This document shows positions 62,031 to 64,000 of a stretch of 64,000 nucleotides of DNA, piece after piece. Every line of letters begins with the position of its first letter. Positions within the stretch are counted from its first letter, which is position 1. The DNA comes from Dehalococcoidia bacterium (lineage in GTDB: Bacteria > Chloroflexota > Dehalococcoidia > DSTF01 > WHTK01). Position numbers and translations under genes: made by a program. Location: contig OZ252017.1 of the NCBI GenBank assembly GCA_965247485.1, positions 1,018,173-1,082,172 of the forward strand, read 5' to 3'. The notes beneath the pieces are model-generated. The model saw nothing but the letters and a program-made list of their open reading frames with translations. It made no database searches and was not told the DNA's origin.

Positions 62031-63710
62031 ATGGCCGTCTTTCAGCATGATGTCCTAATAATTGGCGCCGGTTTGGCCGGGATGCGCGCCGGCCTTGCCG
62101 CTCAAGCCGAAGGCGTCGACGTAGCGATTATTTCAAAAGTTCATCCTGTACGCAGTCACTCCAACGCCGCCCAGGGTGGAATCAATGCCGCCGTGGATGA
62201 AGGTGACTCTTGGGAAGAGCACGCCTTCGATACGGTCAAGGGCAGCGATTTTCTTGGTGACCAGGATGCAATCGAGATTCTCTGCTCCGAGGCCGGCGCT
62301 GAGGTTCTCGCCCTGGAACGCATGGGAGTCATCTTCTATCGTGACGAAACCGGTCATCTCGGTTCGCGCGCGTTTGGCGGTCAGCAAAAGGCCCGCACCT
62401 ACTTTGTCGGAGACATCACCGGTCAGGCGCTGCTGCACGTTATGTATGAGCAACTGATCAAGGATGGGCTGCGCATCTACGAGGAGTGGTTCGTCACGGA
62501 CCTCATCATCGAGGACAGCATGTGCAAGGGCTGCGTGGCGATCGAAATTCGCACCGGTGAAGTACATGTCATAGCCGCAAAGTCGACGATCATAGCCACC
62601 GGCGGCGCTGGACGAGTTTACGAGCCCAGCACCAACGCCTTGATCTGCACCGGCGACGGGCTGAGTCTCGCTTACCGCGCTGGAGCCCCGCTCATGGACA
62701 TGGAGATGGTGCAGTTCCATCCAACCACCCTCAAGGGTTCCGGAGTGCTGATCACCGAGGGCGCCCGCGGTGAGGGAGCTCACCTGCTAAACGGCGAAGG
62801 TGAGCGCTTCATGGAGCGCTATGCTCCCAACATGATGGAACTCGCCAGTCGCGATGTCGTTTCGCGTGCGGAGCAAACCGAAATCGACGAGGGCCGCGGC
62901 ACTGACGGCTGCGTCTTTCTTGATATGCGTCACTTGGGCATGGATCTGATCCGTGAGCGCCTCTGGCAGATTCGTGAAATCGGCATCGATTTCGCCGGCG
63001 TCGACATCACCGAGGAGCCGATCCCAATCCTGCCTGGTATGCACTACATCATGGGTGGAATCAAAACCGACGTCTGGGGTCGGACCGCGGTCCCTGGGCT
63101 CTACTCGGCCGGTGAGGCCGCCTGCATCAGCGTCCATGGTGCTAATCGCCTCGGAGCTAACTCACTGCTCGACACAGTTATTTTTGGCAAGCGCTCTGGC
63201 ATCGACGCCGCTGAGCGCGCTCGCGGTGAAACCACACGGCCACCCGAGGAGCGCTATGCCCGCGATACTGAAAAGCGTATTCGCTCCCTGCTTGACCGGC
63301 CCCAAAGCGGCGAGCGTATCGCCAACCTACGCGCCGACATGGGAAAGACGATGAACGAGAAAGTTCAGGTTTTTCGAACCGAAGACGAGTTGAAATCGGC
63401 ACACGAGGACATCAAAGCACTGACAAAGCGCTACGAGAACCTCGGCGTAGAAGCTAAAGGTCGAGTTTTCAACACGGACCTGCTTTTCCACATTGAACTG
63501 GGATTCATGCTCGAATGCGCTGAGACAATCTGCGTATCAGCTATCGAACGGAAAGAAAGCCGCGGCGCCCACTCGCGAACCGACTATACAGAGCGAAACG
63601 ACGCCGAGTGGCTTAAGCACATCACTTGCTCCTATTCGGCCCAGGGCCCGCAACTCGGCGAGTCCCCGGTGACCATCACTCAGTGGCAACCCGAGGAAAG
63701 GAAGTACTGA
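62031..63710 (+). CDS. sdhA: succinate dehydrogenase / fumarate reductase flavoprotein subunit
   Basis: 559-aa ORF with [15 protein letters not shown] (FAD fold), [20 protein letters not shown] and RGEG. Confidence 0.93.
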   Translation: MAVFQHDVLIIGAGLAGMRAGLAAQAEGVDVAIISKVHPVRSHSNAAQGGINAAVDEGDSWEEHAFDTVKGSDFLGDQDAIEILCSEAGAEVLALERMGVIFYRDETGHLGSRAFGGQQKARTYFVGDITGQALLHVMYEQLIKDGLRIYEEWFVTDLIIEDSMCKGCVAIEIRTGEVHVIAAKSTIIATGGAGRVYEPSTNALICTGDGLSLAYRAGAPLMDMEMVQFHPTTLKGSGVLITEGARGEGAHLLNGEGERFMERYAPNMMELASRDVVSRAEQTEIDEGRGTDGCVFLDMRHLGMDLIRERLWQIREIGIDFAGVDITEEPIPILPGMHYIMGGIKTDVWGRTAVPGLYSAGEAACISVHGANRLGANSLLDTVIFGKRSGIDAAERARGETTRPPEERYARDTEKRIRSLLDRPQSGERIANLRADMGKTMNEKVQVFRTEDELKSAHEDIKALTKRYENLGVEAKGRVFNTDLLFHIELGFMLECAETICVSAIERKESRGAHSRTDYTERNDAEWLKHITCSYSAQGPQLGESPVTITQWQPEERKY

Positions 63711-64000
63711 TGGAGGTCAAGCTCAAAGTAAAGCGATCCGATCCGCAAGGCGGCGGCGGTGAGGCCTTTAGCGACTACACCGTCGACATGCCCGAGAAAG
63801 CTACTGTCCTGGATGCCCTGATCGAGGTTCGCGAGTACCAGGATGGGAGTCTTTCTTTACGCTGCTCCTGTCGCAGCGCAATTTGCGGCTCCTGCTCCAT
63901 GCAAATCAACGGCCGCGCGCGCCTCGCCTGCAAGACCCAGGTCAGTACAGTTGTGGACCAGAATGGCCGAATTTTAGTCGAACCGGCCGGCAACATGCCG
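63710..64000 (+). CDS. sdhB: succinate dehydrogenase iron-sulfur subunit, N-terminal part (runs off the window)
   Basis: ATG 63710 overlaps the sdh[19 protein letters not shown]...LRCSCRSAICGSCSMQINGRARLACKT carries the 2Fe-2S cluster motif. Confidence 0.85.
   Translation, partial: MEVKLKVKRSDPQGGGGEAFSDYTVDMPEKATVLDALIEVREYQDGSLSLRCSCRSAICGSCSMQINGRARLACKTQVSTVVDQNGRILVEPAGNMP

Overview
This is a 64-kb, roughly 60% GC chromosomal window. The gene content looks Chloroflexota- or Actinobacteria-like, but that is inference only. All calls come from reading the six-frame track and the raw sequence by eye. Family names are motif recollection, not search results.

Layout:
1. Positions 1-17.9 kb are housekeeping. 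They hold the tsaD 3' end, a DUF2851-like gene, an XRE regulator and a perfect CIRCE operator followed by groES-groEL. A minus-strand cluster follows: CbbQ/NorQ-type AAA+ ATPase, two cyclophilins, then a 1081-aa VWA (CbbO/NorD-like) protein. After it come coaE, two secreted or membrane proteins, a DinB-like gene, dnaG and rpoD.
2. Positions 17984-52977 are a ~35-kb siphovirus-like (HK97-type) prophage integrated in tRNA-Leu(CAA). It is bounded by a 61-bp direct repeat. A 20-bp repeat sits just inside each end.
   - Lysogeny and early genes: integrase, excisionase, an AAA_25/RepA-like ATPase, an RNA ligase and a Cro/CI-like switch.
   - A ~4.5-kb accessory (moron) island.
   - The late operon: lysis cassette, tail, head, portal, terminase, a ParB-methyltransferase fusion and an HNH endonuclease.
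3. Positions 53-64 kb hold an asparaginase remnant, a frameshifted quinone oxidoreductase, a tRNA-like 3' half, an acyl-CoA dehydrogenase-family gene, a GT4 glycosyltransferase and a lipoprotein. They also hold an MFS transporter gene split by a 2.4-kb IS1595-family element, then sdhA and the start of sdhB.

The IS1595-family element has imperfect terminal inverted repeats and an 8-bp target duplication, and it carries three passenger ORFs.

Most notable observation: a ~0.6-kb two-small-ORF module is present in near-identical inverted copies in the prophage accessory island and in the IS cargo. The two copies differ by a 789-bp segment that carries one extra gene.

Three apparent 1-nt frameshifts affect the surface protein at 12.1 kb, the oxidoreductase at 53.5 kb and possibly other genes. 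They could be assembly errors rather than biology.

I saw no CRISPR array and no rRNA.
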